This document shows positions 25,517 through 36,759 of a stretch of DNA of 49,908 nt, piece by piece; position 1 is the first letter of the stretch, and each line of letters opens with the position of its first letter. The stretch comes from a virus. Taxonomy: Duplodnaviria > Caudoviricetes. The stretch spans positions 1-49,908 of the IMG/VR virus record IMGVR_UViG_3300037483_000243; one strand, given 5' to 3'. A program made the position numbers and the translations under genes. The notes under the pieces are model-generated. The model saw only the letters and a list, made by a program, of their open reading frames with translations. It was not told the DNA's origin and did not search any database.

Positions 25517-25819
25517 TCATCCGGTAAACTCCTGCCCGTTCAGGAAGATCCGAAAGGGATACCGCTCGACACAGACCCGCAGCTTCACCGCTGCGTCATC
25601 CCGCATATGACCCTTGACCTCGTGGAGCTGCACTTCGCCGTCCTCCAGGATCACGAGAAAGTCCGGCGTGTAGCGACAGTCGGGCCCCAGCTTGAGCGTG
25701 ATGCCCTCGTACCAATAACCCTGAATCCGGCCGGCGCGCTTCTGGGCTTCGAGCCCCAGCGCGTAGGCCGCTTCGAGCTTGTTCATGCGGGACGAGCGGG
25801 GCAACACACGGGCCGTCAT
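25517..25819 (-). CDS. PD-(D/E)XK nuclease, DUF1064-like (putative resolvase)
   Basis: MNKLEA.Y, YTPDFLV, HEVKG, A.VK. Confidence 0.8.
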   Translation of the reverse strand: MTARVLPRSSRMNKLEAAYALGLEAQKRAGRIQGYWYEGITLKLGPDCRYTPDFLVILEDGEVQLHEVKGHMRDDAAVKLRVCVERYPFRIFLNGQEFTG

Positions 25820-26719
25820 CGGCCCCCTTTCGCAGCGTCCTCGTACAAAATCCGCTCGGCAATCCGCGCCTTCTCCCCATCGTAGAGCTTCCCGCTCCGA
25901 TGATCCCGGGGCGCCTTCCGGCACTCCGCCTCATAGCGGAGCCGTTGCGCGGGACTCAGACGGGCTACGAGGCGCATCACCCAGGCCCTCTCTTGGGGGC
26001 GGAACTTGCCAGCCGCGTCACTCATCGTCGCCGGACCCAGCCCCGTCCGTGACCAAGTGGCCCGCACCTTGACATTGCTGCCCATATCGCTGGTGCGCGC
26101 GCACCCTTAGGACACTCCCGTCGCCGCCCTTCGGAACGAAACCCACCACGTTCACGCCACATATGGGACAGACCACGCGCGGGAAGTGTCGTCGAATCAC
26201 CATCTCCTCTGACATGCAACGCCCTTGTTCTGGACTCAGCGGGCTCATCGCTCGCCATCCTCGCGGGCCGGTGGAGCCGGGCGAAGCTCACGCCGGGAGC
26301 GCAGCAACATTTCTTGGGCGCGGTCAAGCGCCCATTTCTCGTCTTGTTCAGCGTAGCCTTCGCGCATAGCTATCGTGCCAGCCGCGAACATGGACGCCAT
26401 CAACGCGACGAGATCGGTATCTTTCATGGTTGCCTCTCCAGTGTTGTTGGCGCTCATCGTCGCCTCATCTTCCACGCCTGCTGCATTGCGTTGCTGTCCA
26501 GAAACGCCACCAGTCCCACCGTCCCGCTGTCCCGCGTCCACGTCAGGGCGGGAATCGTCACCCGCTCGAGCGGGCACAGTTCAGCCAGGAGGCGCCGCCG
26601 CTCGGCCTGAAGCTCCCATTCCTCGGGACCGGCCGCTGCCCAGAAAAAGGCGACGAAGCCCAGCACGGCGCCGAGCACACAGCAGGGGCCGATCAGCCGC
26701 CAGAGGATGGGAGGGAGGG

Positions 26720-27412
26720 TCATCCGGCCCCCAGATCCAGCACGCCCTGGCTCAACCGCTCGGCCGCGATCTCGCACCACTTTTCTTCTAGCTCTACGCC
26801 AATGGCAGACTGACCGTGCTGCTTCGCCCACCACAGCGAACTGCCGGAACCAGAGAAGGGGTCAAGGAGCGTGAACCCGCTCGGCATAGAGGATGCCAGA
26901 TGATCCCAGAGGTCACCCGGCTTCTCGGCAGGGTGCCTCCTATTGAGCGTACGAACCGGCATGATCCCAACCACGTCCTGCCGGAATCCGTCAGCGTAGA
27001 CCGTGTGCGGCGAGCGACAATGAAGAATCAGTTCATGTGAGTGCATCCAGCCCCGACCGCGCCGACCAGTCGGCTTGTACCAAATGAGAAGCTGAGACTG
27101 CGGCCAAATCGGATAGGCACACTTGAAAAAAACGGGGTAGCTTTCATCGTCGCAGCAAACGTAGACCTGTCCCTCGTCGGTTGTGGCCCTGCGAATTGCG
27201 TCGAAGGCCTCACGAAAGAACGGCTCCATCACAACCAGGTCACCCCAACTTCGCGGATAGACTCCATCTGCATCCTGATATTTCACCGGCACACTGAAAG
27301 GCGGATCAGTTACCACCAGCGCGGCCCGCACGGAAAGCGTTGGCAACACCTCCCGGCAGTCTCCGTGGTAGATCGTGATGCCCGCAGCGGTGTCCTCGTA
27401 GTAGGGCGTCAT
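26720..27412 (-). CDS. DNA N6-adenine/N4-cytosine methyltransferase (beta class)
   Basis: IYHGDC, TDPPF, HPAEKP, LDPFSGSGS, IGVEL.EKWCE.A. Confidence 0.9.
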   Translation of the reverse strand: MTPYYEDTAAGITIYHGDCREVLPTLSVRAALVVTDPPFSVPVKYQDADGVYPRSWGDLVVMEPFFREAFDAIRRATTDEGQVYVCCDDESYPVFFKCAYPIWPQSQLLIWYKPTGRRGRGWMHSHELILHCRSPHTVYADGFRQDVVGIMPVRTLNRRHPAEKPGDLWDHLASSMPSGFTLLDPFSGSGSSLWWAKQHGQSAIGVELEEKWCEIAAERLSQGVLDLGAG

Positions 27413-27620
27413 CGTTTCACCCCGCATCGGATACATTCCCCGGCGATCACCCGATCCCGCCCACAGACACACCGCGTCGCGGTCTGGGTGGACACCGGCC
27501 CGTCCTGCCGGTCGAGGTCATGCACCCCGAACTTGCGGTCCCGCGAATGGCCTTTGGAACGCCCATACAGGGCCGCCACGCTCTTGGCCCGGGCTTCCCC
27601 TGAGGTCCAGCCGTAGTCGC

Positions 27621-28184
27621 TCATAGGTCTCCCTCGAAGGCGTCACCACGATTCTCTAGGCCGGCGAATACGGGCTGGTCAGGAATGGGGTCGGGAACGG
27701 GGGTCGCCGGCGCCTGCCAGGTGGCGGGGCGCATCCCGGCGATGCCGTTTCGCTGTTCGACTGGCCCGGTCCGCGGGCCGCTGTACCCGATCCCCGCCTC
27801 GTAGTGGCGCTGGTGGTCGTGGTGCACGGCGAGGCGGCCGGATGTCGGGTCCTCCGCCAACACCGCCGCACAAACGGGGCAGGACTGCCCGTGCGCCATC
27901 CCGTCGCCCTGCTCCCAGTCGTCGTATCGCTCCTGAAGGGAGCCGGTGCGCTGGGGGTGCCCGCGCAGCGCCTCCTCGATCTCCTTCCGGATCTGCCCGG
28001 GTTTCGGGAAGAACCGATGGTCGCCGGAGATGTACTGATCCACCGCGACGGTCACGGCCCCGGCGTCGTAGTGCCCGAGGACGCGGTGCCAGGCGTCCAC
28101 GAGCTGGCCGGAGTGGAGTGGCTTCCCGTACACCGCCTCAACCCGAGTCAGCAGTTCGGCCAGCACCAGCTTGGGCGTGCTCAT
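27621..28184 (-). CDS. Putative helicase loader/inhibitor (G39P-like)
   Basis: W...L..YD...V..AV......RFFPKPGQIR; directly downstream of the initiator. Confidence 0.6.
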   Translation of the reverse strand: MSTPKLVLAELLTRVEAVYGKPLHSGQLVDAWHRVLGHYDAGAVTVAVDQYISGDHRFFPKPGQIRKEIEEALRGHPQRTGSLQERYDDWEQGDGMAHGQSCPVCAAVLAEDPTSGRLAVHHDHQRHYEAGIGYSGPRTGPVEQRNGIAGMRPATWQAPATPVPDPIPDQPVFAGLENRGDAFEGDL

Positions 28185-29023
28185 GCGCCCGCCTCTCGCC
28201 GCAGTTGCTCGGCGTACTCTGCCACACTCCCCGCCAGCCGCGGATCTGGCCGGACCGACGGGGGCGCTACCTGATCCGGGGACCACCGACCAAACGTCGC
28301 GGCGAACCGCTCTGGGCTGGCGTACTCGGCCTCAGTCTGGTCCAGGTAGTAGGTCCAGTGCCGGAGCACCACGTCCGGGGTGTTCGTGGCGCACAGGGGC
28401 TTCAGGGCTTTCCCCAGGCGTTTGTAGGCGGGCTCCCCGCCGTAGCGGGACTTCCACGCGTCTCCGAAGGGAGTGAGCCAGGTAGGTCGCCCGCGCTTGT
28501 CGCGGGATGCTGTTTCTTTTTCTGCTTCTGCTTCTGCTTCTGCTTCTGCTTGGGCTGACGGCGGCTTACTTGGCTGACGTTTGCTGACTGTCACATTACT
28601 TGCTGACGCCTTCTTACGGTGACGACGCTGATACTCACGGTTGGCCAGCCGCCGCTCGTCTGAATCGCGCAACTCTCGGTATTTCGGGTAGTTGAGGATG
28701 GCCCAGCCGCCATCTACGGCGTTGATCCGCCGGCCCTCATGGTCCTTGGTGCGGCTGTCCGGGTCCGGGGCTGACAGGCGTTCCAGGGCGTGCCTACACT
28801 GGTCTACGCTGACCTTGGCCGCATCGGCGAGCCCGGGGACAGATGCCCAAACCTCGCCGTTCCGGTTAGCCATCGCGAGCATGGTGATCCAGACAACCTT
28901 GACGTGCATTTCCTCACGCCAGACTGTCGAGAAAATGAGGCTAGAAAACAGCTTGGTGAACCCCACGGGGCTAACGTAAGGTCTTTCGCTGACATTGGCA
29001 AGGGCCACCCCCCAGGTTGGCAT
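28181..29023 (-). CDS. Phage replication initiator protein (start uncertain)
   Basis: FTKLF.S...ST.W.E......WITMLA.A...G.V, L.APDPDSR, GGW..LNY.KYR, AEAEAE linker. Confidence 0.75.
   Translation of the reverse strand: MPTWGVALANVSERPYVSPVGFTKLFSSLIFSTVWREEMHVKVVWITMLAMANRNGEVWASVPGLADAAKVSVDQCRHALERLSAPDPDSRTKDHEGRRINAVDGGWAILNYPKYRELRDSDERRLANREYQRRHRKKASASNVTVSKRQPSKPPSAQAEAEAEAEAEKETASRDKRGRPTWLTPFGDAWKSRYGGEPAYKRLGKALKPLCATNTPDVVLRHWTYYLDQTEAEYASPERFAATFGRWSPDQVAPPSVRPDPRLAGSVAEYAEQLRREAGA
28510..28632. repeat. Candidate replication origin: (TCTGCT)5 plus GCTGAC(G) iterons inside the initiator gene
   Basis: 28521-28550 hexamer x5; GCTGAC at 28554, 28573, 28583, 28602; lambda-O-like layout. 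Confidence 0.6.
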
Positions 29024-29027
29024 CCGC

Positions 29028-32000
29028 CTAGGCCCGTTCCGCGGTCTTGGCCGTGAGCGTGACGGTGGCCTTCGACTTCGGACGGTAGGCCGCAGCGATG
29101 TGCTCCACGGCCGCGGCAACTCCGCCCGCCTCCTTTCGACGGGCGATAGTCAGGGCTTCACGGATTCGCTGCGCTAACTGACAGGCGTGGTCCCGATCAT
29201 TCCCGTCACAGGCCCCTGACATCCTTCCATCGGCGTCGGCCCAGAATGCACGTAGTAGGGCCAGTTTGATCTCGTCGTGCTCGCTCATTGGCACCTCACG
29301 CCTTCAGCTCCCGCATGGTGATCCAGCCGGCCAGCTCCGGCCGCTTCTCCACCAGCAGCCGGGCAAAGCGGGATCTCCAGTTTTGGTTGAGTTTCCACTG
29401 GTCGTTGCTGGTCTGCATCAGCCCGTCATAGCGCATCGCCTCATAGAGCAGCGCGATCCCGAACCGCCGCCGGGGATATCGCGCATGAAGCGCCAACGCC
29501 CGGCGTTCCAGTTCCTGGTACACCTGAGGGTTGGCCCGATGAAACTCCCAAAAGGCCCTCTCGAGCTTCGACGCGAAGGGCAAGGCGAGCCGGGGTGCGG
29601 TCATGCCCCACCGTCCGGCGGGCGCTCCATCAACTCCAGCCCTTGCACCGTGAGCCGCAGCCGCCGCTCGACCGCGGTCAGCAGCTCCCGCACCGGATCG
29701 GGCAGCATCCCGATACCGGAGACTTCCCGGTAGAGCTGGAGCATGGCGAGCGCGTTGGCCGCGTGGCCCCGTGGCGAATCGGCCGGCACGCCTTCACCGG
29801 CGACCTGGGGCCAGCCATGACGAGGGAGGGCGGGGGTGGTCACCCGATGATCTCCAGGCACGCGCGGCCATCAAACCGAGCGGCACGCCGGAGTTCCGGG
29901 ACTACCTGAACGCCGCCAGCAGACTCCATGCATTCTTCGGCATGGGCTATAGCCGCCTCCGGGCTGGGCCCGTGCCCCATCGCACAGCCGGTTTCTGCCT
30001 CTGTCACTGTCCACGTGGTCGCCGGATCGTGGTTGATCGCGGGGTGGACGAAGACGGGGATGCCTTGCACTATGCCCCGCGTCGCGTCACGCTCGTTGGC
30101 AAATGACCCCCAGCTAATGCGGATTCTCACGGTGTCGCTCATTTCCCCCTCCTCCGGTGGGCCAGGGCCCGCTCGACGGCAGCCCGCGCCCTCTCTTGCT
30201 TCTCCAGTGAGGCGAGCCACTTGGCGTATCCCGGTGCCCGTTGTAATCCACTCAGCACAACCGGAAACGTCTGCATCCACATCGCGGCTTCAGCATCCAG
30301 CGCCTCGACCAGCCGTCGCGCGGCGAGGGCCAGCGGGTCCCGCGTCACGGGAGTCACGCTGGCTTCTCCGGCCGACGCGAGGCTGTTTCTTGCGCATCCT
30401 CCCCAAGGAGATCGCGGGCCCTTATCCAGTCGTAGCCTTCGTCCGTGATGCATACAACTGGTCCTTGTAAGGCTTCCACTGCACGTCCCATCGGGTCGTT
30501 ATCAAAATGGTCCAACGAAATTTGCCCAATCTTGGACGCCTCTGTCGCGGCGAGCAGGACATCTTCCCGGGGGTTAACGAATTCCGTACAGAAAAGCGGG
30601 ACATATTCCTGACAATTCGCCCCAGCCCCCGTAGCGCGAAAGTCTCGATAAGATGCCAAGGTTCGCAGTAGTTCCAACCGCGCGTTCTCGTTCACAGTGG
30701 TCATTGGCTCACTTGCCCTCCCGATTCAGGATCGCCCGCGCCTCATCATGCGCCGCCTGCCAGCCCTCGGACTGCTGCTTCGCTCCCATCTGATAGGTCC
30801 GGTACAGCCGCTCCCGGATACTCTCCGGCAGTTGCTCGCAGCACTCCACGCAGAAGCCCCACCAGACCAGCCCGGCACTCACCGGCCGACCGCAGACGCA
30901 GGTCGCGTGTCGCTGGCTGACCAGGGGCTCCCGGCGCATGGCCACGTCGTCGGCATGACGGGACACGATGGGATGGCCCATCGGGGTATCGAGGGGACGG
31001 GGGTCGGTCATGGAGTGGCCGGGGGCATATCAGGGCCGACGTAGGATTCCTCCACGTAGGGAGCCCACACCTTGCATGTAGAACACTGGCGCTCACGCGG
31101 CGGATGGGATACGGCTTCTTTCCAGTCGCCGCACTTCGGACACGTCCATATCCAGATCGTGCGTTTCACGTACCGTTCGTAGGTCATGGGGTCCCCGCCA
31201 GCGCCGCGCGGGCCGTGTCGCCCATCTTGCCGATTAACTCCCAGACCTCAGCTACCGTTGGGCTCTGTACTCGCGGGCCTTCTTCGATCTCTCGGGTAGC
31301 ACGAGCAAGGGTCGCGTGTGTCACGATGTAAGCAACGGTCATCTGTACGTTTTCCAGCGCCGCCCGGAGCCGCGCGTTCTCGGCCGTCAGCCGGGCCAGG
31401 GCCTCGGGGTCGGTCGCTGGCTTGCAGTCGGGGCACGTCGCCGGATTCGCGGTGTCGTGATGCGATGAACTCAGCCGCAGCCCACAGCACGCGAACTCAC
31501 ACAGCCGTTCCCCGGCTTCCGGTGGCAGGAGTTCGCCCCGCTGCCACTCCGGGCCTGCCGGATCACCGAAGGCTTCTGGCTTCAGGGCCTCGGGGTCGTA
31601 GGCGTTCAGTAGGCTAACGATCCGCTCGGCCACGGCGCGCGCATCCAGTCGCACCTTTCCATTCGTCCCACTCGGGCACGCTGCCCAGATTTCCCCGAAC
31701 ACGACGGGGCGTCCACCCGTCACATAGCCGAGCAGTCCGCAGTCGAGCGTCCCACCCTCATCCGGGCTAGTTCGTGTCGCTCCCCGCACACTGAAGGGAC
31801 CGACAACGTGCGGCTCCACGGTCAGACCCAGCGCAATTCGCGGGTCGTCCGGTCGCGGCGTGGCCGGGCTCCGGGCCTCTCCGGTCATGGCTGCGCCCAT
31901 TTTGGTGGGAGTGTCCCGTGGCGACGGAAGAACCGAAGGGCGCTCTCCGCGCACTCCTGAGCCCGTCGGGCGTGGTTGTGGCGGTGCCGATGAGGGCAAG

Positions 32001-33091
32001 CACCGATGCAGCGCCCGGTTCGACGATCCAATAGGTACCCGCGCGAAACCGGAACACCCGTGAATATCCGATGAATCGCCATGATCTCCGGCCGGGCCTC
32101 CCGAGGCGGGGTCATCGGATTTCCTGTGTTGGGATGTCGCCACGATGTTGCAACTCGTCGAACCACTCAGCACATTCACGCTCGCACTCCTCAGAGCAGA
32201 GCTGGTGATAGCCGGTGCGGCCCGTCTTGATTGCTGTGCCCGCAAAGGACGCGGCGCAGTACCAGCACCTCCGGCCCACCTGGGGCTTCCGCGTCGCGCC
32301 GCTCATCGGTTCACCCTCACTCTACGACGGCGCGGCGTGCAGTATCGCCAGAGCACATCTACCGCCAGGTCGGCTACATCTTCTTCGGCGCCGTTGCGAC
32401 TGAGGGCATCACGCAAGCGCCCCGTCTCGACAAAGAGAAGCAACTTCTGTCTCCGGCTCAGTTCGGTGTATTGCGTCGCGCCGCTCATGGGGCCTCCGGC
32501 GGTTCGTGCCGTGCGTCCATCGCCTGATCCACCCGACGGTCCACCACAACCTCAATGAGTGCGTCGAGGGCTTGCCGCTGCGCTTCAGTCTTGAGCGAGT
32601 CAGAGAAGTCGTCCACCGTCATGCCTCGGACGTTCGCCGTCACCCGCTCCCACAGCTCGTCTTGCGGGCGGTTGCCGGGAATATCCCGCTGCGATACGCC
32701 GGGTGGGAGGTTAAATCCGCTCATCGTGTCCCGCCTTTCTCGATCCGCTCCGTCGTACACAGAGAACCCGATGGCGCCGCAGCCTTCGGGACGCTGGCTG
32801 CGTAGTCCAGTGACGTGCCTTTGTCCCGCGCCATCGGATTCATCCCGGGTGCCGCGCGAGCACGCCGTCTAGGTGCCCGGCGATCTCCTCGTCCAGCTCG
32901 GTGCATTCCCCGCGCACCCGCTCCACGTCCTCCCGGAGGGCGAGGTAGGCCGGCAGCTCGCCCGCGTTCCGGGTCTGCCGCACGTCGCTGTCGAGGTCGA
33001 GCATCGTGCCCAGCACATCGCCCCAGGCTTCGCCGCGCTCAACGCGATCCGCCAAGCGGCGGAGATTCTGGGCGATTTCGGTCCGGGTCAT
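29028..33091 (-). other. Array of small coupled early genes (hypothetical; several Zn-finger-like)
   Basis: e.g. 29296-29604, 30709-31011 (C.C...C..C), 32112-32306, 32303-32488, 32485-32724, 32840-33091. Confidence 0.65.
30354..30704 (-). CDS. Hypothetical protein, paralog of 21674-22069
   Basis: See paralog; this copy is visibly more AT-rich. Confidence 0.75.
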   Translation of the reverse strand: MTTVNENARLELLRTLASYRDFRATGAGANCQEYVPLFCTEFVNPREDVLLAATEASKIGQISLDHFDNDPMGRAVEALQGPVVCITDEGYDWIRARDLLGEDAQETASRRPEKPA

Positions 33092-33768
33092 GGGGTCGCC
33101 TCTGTGAGATTCCGTTCCAGCCACGTCTTGAGCCAGCCGGCCACGCGCTCGTCGGGCGGGTGATAGCCGCGCGCGATCAGCCGTTCCTTCGCCTCGTTCA
33201 GTTTGGCGCAGAAGATCGGCAACTCGTCGGCGAGCCTCTTGAGGAACAGGTCGTCCCGCTCGTAGCGGGTGATGACCGTCGGGAGCTGTGGGTGGTAGGC
33301 CACGAGGTCCACCCAGGTCCGCCCGGTGATCCAGAGCTGCCCTTGGATCTGCGGCCGGTGATCGTCCTGCGCTTCCCCGAGGAGATAGGCAACGTGGCCT
33401 TTGGCGCCGGGACACTTGATCTCCACGATGCCGTCCGCCCCCGAGAACCGATCCACCGAGCACCCCGTCTCGCCATCGTCCGACTCGCAGAAGCCCACGG
33501 CTTCCAGCTCCACGTCGCGCTGGAAGGCGTAGTAGCGGGCCGCTTCCTCCTCCATGCCGGTCCCCCGCGCCATGAACTCGCTCACGTCCTCATCCAACGG
33601 CTGCCCCAGCAGCCACTCGGCACAGAGCGTATGGACGTAGCCCGCTTGCGCCGCGCTGGGCTTCGCCGTCCGGGGCGTGAGGATGCGGTCGTAGTTGGAG
33701 GCCGTCGGCCGGCCGATCCGCGCGGCCCACCACGCGGCGCTCCCCTGGACGCATTCGATGATCTTCAC
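33088..33768 (-). CDS. YqaJ/lambda-type recombination exonuclease
   Basis: QGS..W..AR.G.PTAS, M.RG..MEE.A, GCS.D, EIKCP, QIQGQLWI. Confidence 0.9.
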   Translation of the reverse strand: MKIIECVQGSAAWWAARIGRPTASNYDRILTPRTAKPSAAQAGYVHTLCAEWLLGQPLDEDVSEFMARGTGMEEEAARYYAFQRDVELEAVGFCESDDGETGCSVDRFSGADGIVEIKCPGAKGHVAYLLGEAQDDHRPQIQGQLWITGRTWVDLVAYHPQLPTVITRYERDDLFLKRLADELPIFCAKLNEAKERLIARGYHPPDERVAGWLKTWLERNLTEATP

Positions 33769-34529
33769 TTGGCCCGTGCCCGGTCGGCCTTCACCTTCAG
33801 TTCACGCATCGCCGCTTCCACCTGCGCCACGGTCAGGTCCGCCAGCGTCTCGACCCCCAGCCACGCGAGGAACTTGACGCGGTCGATCTTCGCGCCCGCT
33901 TCCTCGCAGGCCGCGATCATGTCCTCCACCCGCTCGATGTCCTCCGGGCCGGCCGTGGGGTCCGCCTTCCCGTCGGGGTCCGGGTCGGTCATGGTGAGCC
34001 CGAGCACCTGGACGAGAGAATACCGGCGGGCGAAGGTGAGGGCCGAGGCGTGCTTCTGCGGGCCGCTCATGGCCGGCGAGCCCTCGACGGTGCAGGTGAA
34101 TCGCGCCGTCTGGCTGTGGCCGTTCCGGTGCCGGAGCGTGCAGGTACAGGTATGCACACCCTGGATCGTCTCCGAGTCCCAGCCGTAGGAGAAGCCGAGC
34201 GCATGGAGGAGGGGCCGGATGGTGTCGGCGATCTCATCTAGCTCGGCGTAGTTGTAGGTGAACTTCACCCCGCCGCGGTCGCTGACCACCTTCGCCGTAC
34301 TGGTGCGCTGAATGGGCGGGCAGTCGGCTTGGAACTGCGCCAGCGCGTCGGCGAACTCACGGGCGGCATTCCGGGCGCTTACCCGGGCCTCCAGCTCGAC
34401 CAGCTTCTCCAGGGCCGCGACGCCTTCGGCCCCCTTCGCCAGCGCCATCTCGATCAGATGCGCCAGCGGCAGGGGCTCCTCGGCCCGGACCGGGGGCAGC
34501 GGCGTGCCCTGGTGGACGACGGCGGTCAC
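33765..34529 (-). CDS. ERF-family single-strand annealing protein
   Basis: Y.YA.LD.I...IRPLL...G, L.H..GHS, Q..ASA.TFARRYSL...LGL....D.DG; GTG 34529. Confidence 0.88.
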   Translation of the reverse strand: MTAVVHQGTPLPPVRAEEPLPLAHLIEMALAKGAEGVAALEKLVELEARVSARNAAREFADALAQFQADCPPIQRTSTAKVVSDRGGVKFTYNYAELDEIADTIRPLLHALGFSYGWDSETIQGVHTCTCTLRHRNGHSQTARFTCTVEGSPAMSGPQKHASALTFARRYSLVQVLGLTMTDPDPDGKADPTAGPEDIERVEDMIAACEEAGAKIDRVKFLAWLGVETLADLTVAQVEAAMRELKVKADRARAK

Positions 34530-35959
34530 GCGGCCGCCTTGGCCAGCGGCACCTCGGCCTTCCCGACCGTGCCGTTCTCCCACTTGGGCTCTTTCAGCCG
34601 GACCTCGGCCAGTTGCCGGGCCATCGTCTGCTGAAGTTCCGGCGTCAACTCGGGCGGCACCGCCACGGTGACGGTCTGGGTCTGAGTGACGATCCGCTTG
34701 AACGTGATCTCGATGTGCTTGAACACGCGAGGCATCAGGCGCTCCGTCGTTGGGCGGCGCGTTCCTCGGCCGCAAAGGCTTCGATTTCCGCAGCGGGGAA
34801 GTCCCGCCAGATGAACGACCGGCGGTAGCCGTCGTCGTGGCCCATCAGCCAGAGCGCGTAATCCCGCTGGAAGAACCGCTCGTCGGCTTCGCGCTCCATG
34901 TTGAACTGGCGCTCGCATTCGACGCAGACCCCGGACCCCGGTCGAGCCAGATTCCCGCAGCCCGTGACGCACGGCGGCTCGATGGGCGCAAAATCGTCCG
35001 ACATCAATTCTTTCTCGCCGTCGGAGCGCGGCAGTCGCGGGCCCACAGAAGCGCGTAGTAGACCGCCGCTGCGAGCCACGAGGGGTGGAGCACGACGCGG
35101 GGCGGGGTCACCGGCCCCACTCTTTCGGCGAGCATTTCTTGGCGAGCCGTTCCAGCGCCGCTTCAGCGAGGTCCACTTCCCCTGACCGGCCAGGGATGAA
35201 CGCACACCCATGGCGCACTTTGTCCACCGCAGCGATAGCGGCTTCAATCTCGGCCCGCTTGATTCGTCGCCATTCGCGCTGCGTCCGGATCTTTCGGGCG
35301 GCCAACACATACGCCGGGGCCGTGCCGGGCTTCCACGTGCTCATCATGCCCTCCGTGGCGTCCCCATCGGACGCCGGTACCAGTGATGCACCCGGACCGG
35401 CTGCACGAATACCGGCGGATGAAACGGTGGGATCTCCGCTGCCTGCCGGAGTGCCGCGTCCAAGCCATCCCGCAACGTCTCCCGCTCCGCCGCGCCCAGC
35501 GATTCGCCGTGCCTCACGCCGAGCAGGTAGCCCAGGGTGAACAGCAGGAGACCGAGCGCCACGAGCCAGGGGATCATCATGCCCGGAGAAGCCCGCGCCG
35601 GACACGGCGCTTCTTGGGCGGTCGGGCCCAGATGACTTGCTGATAGATCCACTGCCAGGTGACGTGGACCGTGGCGTCAGGCCGACGCGTGCGCTTGGGA
35701 TGGATCGAGACGCCATCAGGCCGAAGTTCAACAACAAGATCAGTTTCCCGGCCCCGGACAATGCGGCGCAGCACACGAGTGATCCGCGTCATCCGCCCCT
35801 CCCGCTCTGCCGCCGGACCCACGTCACCCACGCCCGCGGATTCGCCGGCAGCCAGAGGGCGGACACCGCGCATCCCACGAGACAGACCTGGGTGAACCAG
35901 TCGTGAGCCCAGCCGGTGAGGGCCGGGAGGACCAGCAGGATGCAGAGGATGACGTTCAT
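34526..35959 (-). other. Small early genes (hypothetical, two membrane-associated)
   Basis: 34526-34735, 34735-35004, 35344-35582, 35577-35792, 35789-35959, mostly overlapping head-to-tail. Confidence 0.55.
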
Positions 35960-36408
35960 GCGACCCTCCCGTACACGGCCCGGCCGATCTTCACCGCCCG
36001 GAGCGCCGCCGCGATATGCGCCAGCGTCCGCTTCTCCCACGTCTCAAACGACGCCCGATCCCGGATGAACTGCTGCGCCACATCTTCTTCGCCGTCCCGG
36101 ATCGCTTCCGTCTCCCGGGCCCGGTCGAAGGCCTCCACCGTCGCGGGCTCGCCGAGCGTCACCCGCACCAAGTCGAGCGGCAGGCACAACGCTTCGGCCC
36201 GCACCGGATGCCCAGCCCGGATCAACGCCTCGGTCCCGAGCGCCGCCTGACTCCATGGGCATTCGGGAGCCGTGAGCTTCAACCGCTGCGCCGCGCTTGA
36301 GGGCTGAATCCCCCAGGCCAGGGCACACGCCTCTACCGGATTGCCTCGAGGGTAGTTGATGCGGGCGACTCGGCGCCCCACGCTGCGTGCAGGGAAGGGG
36401 AGCGACAT
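35956..36408 (-). CDS. Hypothetical regulator (CII-like position)
   Basis: Second gene of the early operon; short HTH-like VEACALAWGIQPSSAAQRL. Confidence 0.45.
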   Translation of the reverse strand: MSLPFPARSVGRRVARINYPRGNPVEACALAWGIQPSSAAQRLKLTAPECPWSQAALGTEALIRAGHPVRAEALCLPLDLVRVTLGEPATVEAFDRARETEAIRDGEEDVAQQFIRDRASFETWEKRTLAHIAAALRAVKIGRAVYGRVA

Positions 36409-36410
36409 GG

Positions 36411-36665
36411 TCAGGCGGCTTCGGCAGGGTTGGCGCGGCGCCACGCGGCGACGGCATCACGGACCGCGGCCGAGTCGGCGTGAGCGAGACAGATCACCCG
36501 GACGCCTTCGGAGATGGTCCGGAACCCGGCTTGCTCGAAGGCACCCAGGATCCTGGTCCGCTCGTCCGACGTGACCGAGCCGCCCACGATATCTCGCCGC
36601 GGGGCTTCTTGCCGCTTGTCGAGCGATGACGTAGTGTTGGGCGGGCTTATATCGTTGTCTGACAC
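36411..36665 (-). CDS. Cro-position small DNA-binding protein (possible ribbon-helix-helix)
   Basis: First gene divergent from the repressor; IVGGSVTSDER..I..A...AG..TISE.VR. Confidence 0.5.
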   Translation of the reverse strand: MSDNDISPPNTTSSLDKRQEAPRRDIVGGSVTSDERTRILGAFEQAGFRTISEGVRVICLAHADSAAVRDAVAAWRRANPAEAA

Positions 36666-36695
36666 TGACTTAGGCCCCCGGTGGTGTTGGCATCG

Positions 36696-36713
36696 GCAAA
36701 CGAACCCGTTTGC
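36696..36713. promoter_or_regulatory. Inverted repeat GCAAACG-aacc-CGTTTGC; candidate operator
   Basis: Perfect 7-bp arms in the repressor/cro gap, just downstream of the leftward promoter. Confidence 0.5.
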
Positions 36714-36721
36714 GCTTGCCA

Positions 36722-36751
36722 AGTATGGGGGAAGGGGCGTTAGTCTGTCAA
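36722..36751 (-). promoter_or_regulatory. Sigma70-type early promoter TTGACA-N18-CATACT
   Basis: Reverse strand -35 TTGACA (36751-36746), -10 CATACT (36727-36722). Confidence 0.65.
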
Positions 36752-36759
36752 GCGACAAG

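Larger units (their letters stand above)
21399..27624 (-). other. Array of about 20 small, mostly ATGA/GTGA-coupled early accessory genes, largely hypothetical
   Basis: Head-to-tail minus-strand ORFs (e.g. 21399-21677, 22066-22266, 22445-22720, 22725-23156, 24013-24510, 24943-25245, 25242-25520, 26018-26248, 27409-27624). Confidence 0.7.

Noticed and set aside
28521-28632. CRISPR or mini-array
   Set aside because: Short hexamer/iteron repeats inside a coding linker with no unique spacers; no CRISPR array seen anywhere in the window.
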